Of a stretch of DNA of 64,000 nt, positions 21,057 to 29,704 are shown piece by piece. The notes beneath the pieces were generated by a model that was not told the origin of the DNA, ran no database searches, and saw only the letters and a program-made list of their open reading frames with translations. Origin of the DNA: an uncultured Alphaproteobacteria bacterium (GTDB lineage: Bacteria > Pseudomonadota > Alphaproteobacteria > RF32 > CAG-239); the NCBI GenBank assembly GCA_910584385.1, contig CAJUAK010000005.1:58870-122869 (forward strand), written 5' to 3'. Each line of letters starts with the position of its first letter. Positions within the stretch are counted from its first letter, which is position 1. Both the position numbers and the translations under genes were made by a program.

Positions 21057-22355
21057 ATGAAACGAATTCTTCTTTATATGAACAGGGAATGTTTTTATCC
21101 TGTTGATTACTCAGAGCTGCCTTATAATTTTAATAAATATGGCGGCAATACGGGGAACAGGCTGTTTTGCCATGCTCTTGAAAAATATTTGTTGCAAGGG
21201 CAGGTCCCTTTTGATTATTTGAGTTCTGAAATGACGGTTGATCAGATTAATGCTGATTATGAATCTATTGTCTTTCCTTTGGCAAATATTTTTAGCATGA
21301 ATAAAGAAGCTCAGGCTCAAATGGCTTATTATGCGGAAGTTTTTTCAAAATATAAAATACCCGTTTACGCTATTGGGGCAGGAGCGCAGGCTCGTTCATA
21401 TGATGAATTAAAAGAATTAGCAACAAATTTAAAGCCAACAGCGTCTCCTTTTATCCGCGCTATATACAACACAGGCGGTCAGTTGGCTCTGCGCGGTTAT
21501 TTTACGGAAGAAGTTTTGAATAGGATGGGTTTTCGGGACGCTGTTGTTACGGGTTGCCCGTCTTTATATCAAAATGGCAGAGAATTTAAAGTTTTAAATA
21601 ACAAAGTTGAGGAAAAAGATTTTAAGCCTTTAGTCAATGGAACAATCCGTTATCTTGGAACAAGAAAGGTATCCGAGGCTTTTGACCAATATCCCTATAG
21701 CCTCTATTTGGATCAAGACCAATTTTTGCAAGTGTTATATGGAGCAGAATTAACAGATTATTCTTTAAAGGCTCTTTATGCCTTGGTTAAAAAATATTCA
21801 CACAGAGGTATTATGCTTCTGGCACAAGACCGGATAAAACTTTTTGCGGATATTCCTCAGTGGATGGATTATATACGCAGAAATGCTAATTTTTCTTTCG
21901 GACAGAGAATCCATGGGAATATTATTGCCCTCTTATCTGGAATTCCGGCTGCAGTCCATCAGCATGATAGCCGTACGAGAGAATTGGCAGAGTTTTTTGA
22001 TATTCCTGTTTTTAACGAATGGCGCAAAAACGACAGTTTATATGATATTTATCTAAAATGCGATTTTAACAAATTTAATGAATCCTTTAGCGATAAATTT
22101 GATAATTTTGAAAAATTTTTAAAAAACTGCAATATTGTTGATAATCTTAAAAAGCTTCAGCCTTTGCGCAATGATGAGTTTTATAGCTTTCCTCAGGTAG
22201 TTAATCAGGATTATTTTCAACGGCTAACCTCCATTTATCCCAGCTGCAGAATCAGGAAACATTTTCTGATACTGAAAAATGTTTATCGGCTGCTTGGCGC
22301 ATTAACCGCCAATAAAAAGTTTAAGGATAAATCTGAGGCTTTGGAAATTTCTTAG
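21057..22355 (+). CDS. polysaccharide pyruvyl transferase-like (GT-B-like) protein
   Basis: N-terminus YGGNTGNRLFCHALEKYL resembles the pyruvyl-transferase GxxGNxGD region. AT-rich gene. Start may instead be M8 at 21078. Confidence 0.4.
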   Translation: MKRILLYMNRECFYPVDYSELPYNFNKYGGNTGNRLFCHALEKYLLQGQVPFDYLSSEMTVDQINADYESIVFPLANIFSMNKEAQAQMAYYAEVFSKYKIPVYAIGAGAQARSYDELKELATNLKPTASPFIRAIYNTGGQLALRGYFTEEVLNRMGFRDAVVTGCPSLYQNGREFKVLNNKVEEKDFKPLVNGTIRYLGTRKVSEAFDQYPYSLYLDQDQFLQVLYGAELTDYSLKALYALVKKYSHRGIMLLAQDRIKLFADIPQWMDYIRRNANFSFGQRIHGNIIALLSGIPAAVHQHDSRTRELAEFFDIPVFNEWRKNDSLYDIYLKCDFNKFNESFSDKFDNFEKFLKNCNIVDNLKKLQPLRNDEFYSFPQVVNQDYFQRLTSIYPSCRIRKHFLILKNVYRLLGALTANKKFKDKSEALEIS

Positions 22356-23209
22356 CGTTTGATTTTGGTTTTGGCGTTTGCCACAGGGATGAATCCAAAC
22401 AAGAGCCATTTTGTTTCGTTTGCTTTTTCTTTGATGGTCAGAAAAGGGATGCCGCCGAACAAAGATATTTTTTTAATTTTGGTGAGGGAGGCCTTAACAG
22501 CTGCCCATAATTCCGGGTTTTCTTTTCTGGCAAATTCCTTTATGCGGATATCGGCATCCTGCATTTTGCTTTTTTGAGAATTTGAGGTGTTTCCGCCATA
22601 GTTGCGGTAGCTGAAGAGGATTTCCGGAATGTTGGCGAATTTTGTTTTGGAAATCAGGCGGCACCACAGGGCATAATCTTCAGCCGGGGTATATTCGTCT
22701 TCATAATGAATGCCATTGTCAACCAGAACAGATTTGCGCAGCATAGAGGACGAGTGCGGCATGCAGCAGTTTAAAAGGAGTTCTCTCCGGATTTCAGAAT
22801 CAGTTACCGGCAATTTTTTTATTTTGGTTTTCTTCTTTTCTAATGTCAGATGCCAGTTGCCGACCACGCCGGTATCTGGATGTTTGTCCAAATATTCGGC
22901 CTGCTTTTGCAGACGCTCGGGGAAAGATATGTCATCATGGTCAAAAATGGCAAGGTATTCGCCTTTTGCCATGCCTAACAATTTGTTTCTTGAGGCAGAA
23001 ATTCCCATGTTTTCAGGGTTGCGGTGATAGGAAATCCGCTTGTCTTTGTATGATTTTATAATTTTTTCGACATTTTTATCCGGCGAAGCATCGTCTAAAA
23101 TCAGGAATTCATAGTCTGTGAAGCTTTGCGCCAAAATGCTTTCAATTGCTTCTCTTAAGTAGCTTTCGCAGGTGTTGTAAACGGGCATTAAAACAGATAT
23201 TTTGGGCAC
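22352..23209 (-). CDS. family 2 glycosyltransferase
   Basis: ISVLMPVYNTCESYLREAIESILAQSFTDYEFLILDDAS with the DxD context. Confidence 0.9.
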   Translation of the reverse strand: MPKISVLMPVYNTCESYLREAIESILAQSFTDYEFLILDDASPDKNVEKIIKSYKDKRISYHRNPENMGISASRNKLLGMAKGEYLAIFDHDDISFPERLQKQAEYLDKHPDTGVVGNWHLTLEKKKTKIKKLPVTDSEIRRELLLNCCMPHSSSMLRKSVLVDNGIHYEDEYTPAEDYALWCRLISKTKFANIPEILFSYRNYGGNTSNSQKSKMQDADIRIKEFARKENPELWAAVKASLTKIKKISLFGGIPFLTIKEKANETKWLLFGFIPVANAKTKIKR

Positions 23210-23387
23210 AAATTTTCTCCTGTATCCTCATGTGTTATTTTTACATGATAAATGCCGCATGCATTTTTACAACAAGAATTTTTGTTTTTACCTCTGGAAA
23301 AAAATTTATAATAAGCTGCGATAGGCATTGTATGAAAATATATTCTGTTCTATGATGCTTTTGTCCTTAACAAAAACAGGAGTGAAA

Positions 23388-24293
23388 ATGAGCGATAAAC
23401 CAAAAGCTGTTATCAGGCTGCAAGGCGGATTAGGCAACCAGATGTTTCAATATGCGTTTGGCTTGGCGCTGGCGGCAAAAGGAAGCGCGGAAGTCCTTTT
23501 TGACGGGGCAAAATACAGCCAGTCGGAAGCGCAACGCAAAAAATCTGACAAAAGGGCTTATGAACTCAAATATTTCAAGGCTGATGTCCGATTTGCCCCT
23601 GAGAGCCAATTGAAAAATTGGGTTAAGAAAAAAGAAAAAAACTTTTTTAAAAAATTTTTTCACTTTGTGATGGGGAAAAGCAGGCCGGCATTGTTTGAAG
23701 AAAAAGACTGCAGCGTTTTTTATCCTGAATTTTTTAATATTTGCAAAGACAGCTATTATACAGGCTATTTTCAAACGGAAAAATATTTTAGGGATAAACG
23801 AAACGCCGTTTTGCAGGCTTTTTCCTTAAAAAACCCCGTTAATTCTGAAAATGCGGCGATGCTGGATAAAATTAAAGGTGTGAATGCCGTTTCCCTTCAT
23901 GTACGCAGAGGAGACTATCTTTTGGCAAAAAATCAGGCGCTTTTAGGTTTATGCAGCCTGGATTATTATAAAAAAGCCATTGATTATATTGCATCACGCG
24001 TTGAAAATCCGCATTTCTTTTTGTTTTCGGACGATATCCCGTGGGTGGAAGAAAATCTGAAATTGGATTATCCTTATACGGTTGTAGATATTAACAGCGG
24101 AGAAAATTCTTTTTATGATATGTGGCTGATGAAGCATTGCCGGCACAATATTATCGCCAACAGCTCTTTTTCCTGGTGGGGCGCGTGGTTGAACGAGAAT
24201 CCGGAAAAGATTGTGGCGGCTCCTGAAAAATGGACTGTTGCTGCGGAAATAAGCGGCAAGGATATTATTCCTGAAAGCTGGATTAAATTATAA
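23388..24293 (+). CDS. alpha-1,2-fucosyltransferase (GT11 family)
   Basis: GT11 hallmark LQGGLGNQMFQYAFGLAL at the N-terminus. Start at ATG 23388 after GGAG. Confidence 0.8.
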   Translation: MSDKPKAVIRLQGGLGNQMFQYAFGLALAAKGSAEVLFDGAKYSQSEAQRKKSDKRAYELKYFKADVRFAPESQLKNWVKKKEKNFFKKFFHFVMGKSRPALFEEKDCSVFYPEFFNICKDSYYTGYFQTEKYFRDKRNAVLQAFSLKNPVNSENAAMLDKIKGVNAVSLHVRRGDYLLAKNQALLGLCSLDYYKKAIDYIASRVENPHFFLFSDDIPWVEENLKLDYPYTVVDINSGENSFYDMWLMKHCRHNIIANSSFSWWGAWLNENPEKIVAAPEKWTVAAEISGKDIIPESWIKL

Positions 24294-24357
24294 AATCCCT
24301 TGCAAAAATCTTGTTTTGTTTTAACATCTTTTCAGTTTAATAAGTAGGAGATATCAA

Positions 24358-24996
24358 ATGAAAAAACTGATTTTGTCTTTGGTTGCGGTTTCTTTTTTGA
24401 GCGCTTGCGCCACAGATCCTTATACAGGTGAGTCTAAAGTGGCAAAAACCGCTTGGGGAACGGGAATCGGTGCTGCGGCAGGTGCCGGAATCGGCGCTTT
24501 GGTCGGCGGCAAAAAAGGCGCTTTGATTGGTGCAGGCGTTGGTGCGGCGAGTGGTGCCGGGGTTGGCGCTTATATGGATGTCCAGGCCAGAAAATTGCGC
24601 CAGGAATTGGTCGGAACCGGTGTTCAGGTTGCCCAGCAAGATGGCAGAATTTATTTGATTATGCCGGGAAACATCACATTTGATACGAATCAGGCAACGA
24701 TTAAAGAAGGTTTCAAACCGGTTCTAAATTCTGTGGCTAAAGTTATCAAAGAATATAATAAAACAATGGTTCAGGTTTATGGTTATACGGACAATACCGG
24801 TTCAGCCGCGACAAACAACGCTTTGTCCCTGCGCCGTGCAACGGCCGTGTCCAATTATCTGCGCCTGCAGGGCGTTAAGGCTGACCGTTTGGTTGCCGAT
24901 GGCTTAGGTTCAGAAAATCCGATTGCTTCCAATGCAACAGCCGCAGGGCGTGAACAAAACCGCCGCGTTGAAATTACATTGATTAATATGCAATAA
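24358..24996 (+). CDS. OmpA-family lipoprotein with glycine-zipper region (YiaD-like)
   Basis: Lipobox LSAC, a GxxxG-rich stretch, and an OmpA_C domain (NTGSAATNNALSLRRATAV...NRRVEI). Confidence 0.85.
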   Translation: MKKLILSLVAVSFLSACATDPYTGESKVAKTAWGTGIGAAAGAGIGALVGGKKGALIGAGVGAASGAGVGAYMDVQARKLRQELVGTGVQVAQQDGRIYLIMPGNITFDTNQATIKEGFKPVLNSVAKVIKEYNKTMVQVYGYTDNTGSAATNNALSLRRATAVSNYLRLQGVKADRLVADGLGSENPIASNATAAGREQNRRVEITLINMQ

Positions 24997-25010
24997 ACGA
25001 AAAAAATCAA

Positions 25011-25044
25011 AAAGGGCAATCTTTTTTAAGATTGCCCTTTTAGT
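25011..25044 (+). terminator. rho-independent terminator
   Basis: aagggcaatct...agattgccctt hairpin followed by a T-run. Confidence 0.6.
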
Positions 25045-25294
25045 TTTTAAAATATGTTCAAGAAGCCGGCGTTATTGGCTAAGTAAACTAATTAAACGCC
25101 ATAGGGTGCTTGCAAAGTTTAAGCCGGCCAGGATAGCGCTGATTGTTCTGGATGTTTTTATGAGTTTTTTATATGCTTGCGAATATAACATGTTTTGTCT
25201 ATTTTATATCTTCTTGTAAAACAGGACAGGGGTTTTAATATTCAGGGTAATGATTATATCTTTTGCAGTTCTTAATTAAGGCAAGGAGAAAAAC

Positions 25295-26224
25295 ATGAGA
25301 TATATCACATTAAATACTGACGCGCAAATGCCTGTTATCGGCCTTGGCACTTGGCAGGCTGCGCCGGGAGAAGTTTATCAGGCTATCCGTTGGGCTATTA
25401 AGCTTGGCTACCAGATGATTGACTGCGCGGCGATTTATGGTAATGAAAAAGAAGCGGGGCAGGCGATACATGATGCTATTGCCGAAGGAGATACGACAAG
25501 GGAACGTTTGTTTATTGTATCAAAATTATGGAATGATTCCCATAATCCGGAAAATGTTTTGCCAGCAATAAAGCAGACTTTGACGGATTTGCAATTGGAT
25601 TATTTGGATTTGTATCTGGTTCATTGGCCGATTGCCCAGAAAAAAGGTACGACTGTCCCTGAAAAAGATGAAGATATGATTTCCTTAAAAGATTTGCCTT
25701 TGGAACTGACCTGGGCTGAAATGGAAAAGATGCATCAGCAGGGGCTGGCTAAGGCTATCGGCGTTTCAAACTTCAGCAGTAAAAAGCTTCAGTCATTAAT
25801 TGAAAAAGCAGAAATTGTTCCTGCGGTTAACCAGATTGAATCCCATCCGTTTTTGGTTCAAAAAGATTTGTTAGACTATTGCCAGAAACAGATGATTGCG
25901 GTTATGGCTTATTCGCCGCTTGGCTCACAGCATAAAGACAGTTCGGAAAAACGCCCGATTGCCGATGAGAAAATTATTGAGATTGCCAAAAAGCTGAATG
26001 CTTCTCCGGCACAAATCCTGTTGGCCTGGCAAATGGCACGCGGCGTTGCGGTTATTCCCAAATCTGTCCATCTTGAGAGGCTGAAGGAAAATTTTGCCTC
26101 TTTAGCCATAGAACTGGATGAGGACGATATGAATGCGATTTCAGCGCTTAATAAAGATTTTCGCTATATCAGCGGTAAGAGCTTTGCTTATGGCGATTAT
26201 AGCGTGGAATCTATTTGGGATTAG
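25295..26224 (+). CDS. aldo/keto reductase
   Basis: AKR fold: GLGTWQA, IDCAAIYGNE, LVHWP, IGVSNF. Confidence 0.9.
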   Translation: MRYITLNTDAQMPVIGLGTWQAAPGEVYQAIRWAIKLGYQMIDCAAIYGNEKEAGQAIHDAIAEGDTTRERLFIVSKLWNDSHNPENVLPAIKQTLTDLQLDYLDLYLVHWPIAQKKGTTVPEKDEDMISLKDLPLELTWAEMEKMHQQGLAKAIGVSNFSSKKLQSLIEKAEIVPAVNQIESHPFLVQKDLLDYCQKQMIAVMAYSPLGSQHKDSSEKRPIADEKIIEIAKKLNASPAQILLAWQMARGVAVIPKSVHLERLKENFASLAIELDEDDMNAISALNKDFRYISGKSFAYGDYSVESIWD

Positions 26225-27176
26225 ACTGTTCCAGAATAAACCTTTTTAAAGCATCGGGATTTTCCCATTCAACGGCAATTTCCAAAACTTTAAAGTAAGG
26301 TTGCATTTCCTCTGGAATTTTAACAAAGTCTTTGGAGGTGGTGTATAAATCCGCCTCCATTTTTTCTGCTTCGGCAATTAAATTTTCTAATTCTTTGGGC
26401 GTGTAATAGTGGTGGTCGGCAAAGTCGCGGGTTTTGACAATGTTAAAACCGCAATCGGCAAGCGAATTGTAGAATTTCTGCGGATGGCCGATGCCGGCAA
26501 AGGCAATCACATTTTTTTTGCCGCCCTGCGGGCAAACCGGTTTGATTTTTCCTTTGAAAATGGTTTTCCCGATAAGCATGGCCGAAAGCTCGGAAGACGG
26601 TTCGCCTAAAAGGATAACAGCTTTGGTGCGCCAAAGTCCGATTTTTAGAAATTCGCGCAAAGGGCCGGCGGGAATACAGCGTTTGTTGCCAAAAGCCTGT
26701 ATGCTGTCAATGACAACGAAGGAAACATCTTTATGCAATCCCGGGTTTTGAAACCCATCATCCATGATTATGCAGTCTGCGCCGTTTTCTGAGGCTCTGA
26801 ATGCTCCAAGGTATCTGTCTTTATTGACAATTGTCGGCGCCGCCTGTGCCAAAAGCAGAGGTTCGTCGCCGGTTTCTTTGGCGCTGTGCTTTTGCGGATT
26901 GACTAAAACGTCTTGCAGCGTTCCGCCATAGCCTCTGGTTACAAAAAAAGGATTTTTTTTAGCTTCTTCTTTAAGCAATTTTGCAATAGATATGGCAACA
27001 GGGGTTTTGCCGACACCGCCGGCTGTCAGGTTGCCGATGCAGATAACCGGAATGCCGACTTTTTTTCCTTTTGTCAGCAAAAGCCGCAAGGCTGTTACGG
27101 TTCCGTATATCCAGCCTAAAGGTGCAAACAGGTTTGAAAAAAAGTTAATGTCTTTCCAAAATCCCGGTGTTTTCAT
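26211..27176 (-). CDS. lpxK: tetraacyldisaccharide 4'-kinase
   Basis: P-loop GNLTAGGVGKTP with the LpxK N-terminus. 321 aa. Its 3' end overlaps the AKR gene by 14 nt (convergent). Confidence 0.9.
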   Translation of the reverse strand: MKTPGFWKDINFFSNLFAPLGWIYGTVTALRLLLTKGKKVGIPVICIGNLTAGGVGKTPVAISIAKLLKEEAKKNPFFVTRGYGGTLQDVLVNPQKHSAKETGDEPLLLAQAAPTIVNKDRYLGAFRASENGADCIIMDDGFQNPGLHKDVSFVVIDSIQAFGNKRCIPAGPLREFLKIGLWRTKAVILLGEPSSELSAMLIGKTIFKGKIKPVCPQGGKKNVIAFAGIGHPQKFYNSLADCGFNIVKTRDFADHHYYTPKELENLIAEAEKMEADLYTTSKDFVKIPEEMQPYFKVLEIAVEWENPDALKRFILEQSNPK

Positions 27177-28436
27177 TTAGATATATCCTTTAACTTTTTC
27201 AACAATGCCATCAAGAACTTTTGCTTCGCTTACCGCCCAATTATAAGCTAGAGAACGCCTGGCTTCCAAAAGTTCTTTGTTTGAAAGGAGCTGGGACAGG
27301 TTTTCAGAGAGTTCTTCAGTATCTAAAACCTGAATGAGGGCATCAGCCTTTTTAGAGCGGTTAACGACATCAGAAAAATTGTGCATATGGGGGCCGACCA
27401 AGACGGCATTGCGCATGCGGGATGGTTCTATAAAATTTTGCCCGCCATGTGGAATGAGCGAACCGCCAATAAAGGTAATCGGGCTGATGTCATACCAAAT
27501 TCCCATTTCGCCGATGGTGTCGCCGATATAAATGTTTGTATCCGCAGAGATTGTTTCTCCGGCTGAACGCAAGGCGGATTTTATTCCGATGTCTTGCAGC
27601 TGTTTTTGTATTTCGGTGCCGCGTTGAGGATGTCTCGGGACAATGATTGTCAGCAGGTTTGGAAACTGTTTTTGCAGTTTTTTATGCATTTTGGCAATGC
27701 GGAGTTCTTCGTCATTATGCGTGGAACTGGCCAGCCAGAACGGCCTTTCTCCAATTTGCGCCAAAATTTCTTCTTTCTTTTCTTTATCAATAGGAAGGGG
27801 CAAGCCGGCGTATTTTAAGTTTCCGAGGCACGTGGCGTTTTTGGCGCCTAAAACCCGCAGCCGGTATGCGTCTTCTTCAGATTGCCCCAGGCAAAAGGTA
27901 AAACAGCTCAGAAGCTCTTTGCTGATAAAATCAAATTGCTGCCAGCGCTTGAAGGTTTTGTTTGAAATCCGCCCGTTAATCAGGATAAGCGGAATGTGGC
28001 GTTTCTTAATGCTGGAGAGCATGGCCGGCCAAAATTCCGATTCAAACCACAAGGCAACGTCAGGCTGCCAATGTTTGAGAAACCTTTTGGTAAATAAAGG
28101 GTTGTCTATAGGAATATATTGGTGAAAAGCCCTTTCGGGAAGCCGTTTTGCCATAACTTCCGCGGAAGTCATCGTACCTGTCGTAACCATAATATTTAAA
28201 TCAGGGTAATTTTCAAGCAGCCTGTTAATTAAGGGCAGCATTGAGACAGATTCGCCGACGGAGGCACCATGCAGCCAGACCAGTTTTCCTTCCGGCCTTT
28301 TTATTTTAGGGCGGCCGATGCGTTCATTTGCGCGTTTTATGTCTTCTTTTCCTTTTTCTTGGCGTTTTTTGATGTATCCCCTGATAACTAAAGGATACAT
28401 AATGCAAATGAGAATATTGTAAATGCGTATAAACAT
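27177..28436 (-). CDS. waaA: 3-deoxy-D-manno-octulosonic acid (Kdo) transferase
   Basis: LVWLHGASVGESVSMLPLINRL is the WaaA/KdtA signature. 419 aa. Confidence 0.9.
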   Translation of the reverse strand: MFIRIYNILICIMYPLVIRGYIKKRQEKGKEDIKRANERIGRPKIKRPEGKLVWLHGASVGESVSMLPLINRLLENYPDLNIMVTTGTMTSAEVMAKRLPERAFHQYIPIDNPLFTKRFLKHWQPDVALWFESEFWPAMLSSIKKRHIPLILINGRISNKTFKRWQQFDFISKELLSCFTFCLGQSEEDAYRLRVLGAKNATCLGNLKYAGLPLPIDKEKKEEILAQIGERPFWLASSTHNDEELRIAKMHKKLQKQFPNLLTIIVPRHPQRGTEIQKQLQDIGIKSALRSAGETISADTNIYIGDTIGEMGIWYDISPITFIGGSLIPHGGQNFIEPSRMRNAVLVGPHMHNFSDVVNRSKKADALIQVLDTEELSENLSQLLSNKELLEARRSLAYNWAVSEAKVLDGIVEKVKGYI

Positions 28437-29206
28437 TATTTTAAATCCATTGTGTTTTTAGAATCCAGCAGTGCCGGCTTAACGGGGGTTCTGCCAACTG
28501 CCGTGTCAGCTTCATAATTTATGTTGTTTAATTCTTTTTCCAGATTGATGCGGCTTATTTCCAAATCATCTTCAGATGCGTTTTCGGGAAGCTTCATTCC
28601 TTCCGTTACCAGGCATACGCCTTTGGAAAAGGGAAGGGGAATCATCATCTTGTCCCAGGCTTTTTCAATGATTTTTGCGTTTGAAATGCTGTAAGTCATG
28701 CCAAAAATCGTTTTGCCGGTTTTGGAAGCATAATAAAGGGGGCTTTTGCCCATGTGCATACGCGGACCTCTCGGACCGTCGGAAATAATTGTAATCGCGT
28801 GCCCTTCCTGCAATGCGTGCATCAGACCGACGGCAGCGCCTTTAGCCCCGCGGTTGGTGGAACCGCTGATTATGCCGATGCCGAATTTTTGCAGAAAAGC
28901 GGCAATTAAGCGTCCGTCCTGATGGAGGGAAACCAGGGCATCCATTTGAAAAGCCGGGCTGTGCGCGTAATATTTTAAAAAGTTAGGCAGCATGAGCGCC
29001 CGTCCGTGCCAGGCGGTGAGAATGATGTTTTTTTCCTTTTCCCAGGTTTTAACCATATTGTCTACGCCCCGGATTTCCCAACGGGTTGTTTTGTAAACCA
29101 AAAGCGCGTAACCGTATATAATGCTGCTGATCAGCCATACGCAAAAACGGGATTTCAGTATATGGCGGAGGAATACCTTTAATTTGTGTTTGATTTGATA
29201 AAGCAT
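28436..29206 (-). CDS. DUF374 family (lysophospholipid acyltransferase-like) protein
   Basis: Conserved position upstream of waaA-lpxK in alphaproteobacteria. LPLAT-like core. Confidence 0.65.
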   Translation of the reverse strand: MLYQIKHKLKVFLRHILKSRFCVWLISSIIYGYALLVYKTTRWEIRGVDNMVKTWEKEKNIILTAWHGRALMLPNFLKYYAHSPAFQMDALVSLHQDGRLIAAFLQKFGIGIISGSTNRGAKGAAVGLMHALQEGHAITIISDGPRGPRMHMGKSPLYYASKTGKTIFGMTYSISNAKIIEKAWDKMMIPLPFSKGVCLVTEGMKLPENASEDDLEISRINLEKELNNINYEADTAVGRTPVKPALLDSKNTMDLK

Positions 29207-29218
29207 CTTTTTCTTTTT

Positions 29219-29467
29219 TTACTTTGTTGTATTTGTTACGGCAATGCCAATGGTTTCGTTATCGGTGATAACAACTTCGCCGTGCCCGATTAATACATTA
29301 TTGGCGTAAATATCAACATAATCGTTGATATCGCGGTCAAGTTCGACAACGGCTCCCCGGCCGAGCTTTAACAGCTGGTTTACGCGTAAATCAGCCGTGC
29401 CCAGCGTTACGGAAACCTCAACCATAATCTCTTCATTTGACCCTTGAAGTTTTTTATTCGTTACCAT
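29219..29467 (-). CDS. SpoA-domain protein (FliN/HrcQb-like), 82 aa
   Basis: VEVSVTLGTADLRVNQLLKLGRGAVVELDRDINDYVDIYANNVLIGHGEVVITDNETIGIAV aligns residue-for-residue with the FliN C-terminal SpoA domain. Confidence 0.7.
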   Translation of the reverse strand: MVTNKKLQGSNEEIMVEVSVTLGTADLRVNQLLKLGRGAVVELDRDINDYVDIYANNVLIGHGEVVITDNETIGIAVTNTTK

Positions 29468-29643
29468 TAAAACAATTCTCCGTTTTCAGCCATATATTTT
29501 TCTGTATCATATATTATAAATTTTAAACTGCAAAATTAATTTATCAACTTATCATATAAAATAACAAGCCGGGAAATCTTTGTGGATTGTAAAATATTTG
29601 CGTTGCCCAAAATGCCTATTTGTGAAAAAACTAGTTCTGGCAG

Positions 29644-29672
29644 CTTGCAGTTTCAAAGATATTTTCTTATAT
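29644..29672 (+). promoter_or_regulatory. candidate RpoH (sigma32)-type heat-shock promoter of lon
   Basis: CTTG, N18, CTTATAT matches the alphaproteobacterial sigma32 consensus CTTG-N17/18-CYTATNT. Lies about 30 nt upstream of the lon ATG. Confidence 0.4.
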
Positions 29673-29704
29673 ATTAAGAGAACAAATTTTTAAGGTATGG
29701 GATT

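Noticed and set aside
24337-24683. Two overlapping ORFs (24337-24639 minus, 24453-24683 plus) across the 5' part of the OmpA-lipoprotein gene
   Set aside because: These are artefacts of the GC-rich Gly-zipper coding stretch (GGxGxG repeats keep alternative frames open). The OmpA-family reading frame is the real one.
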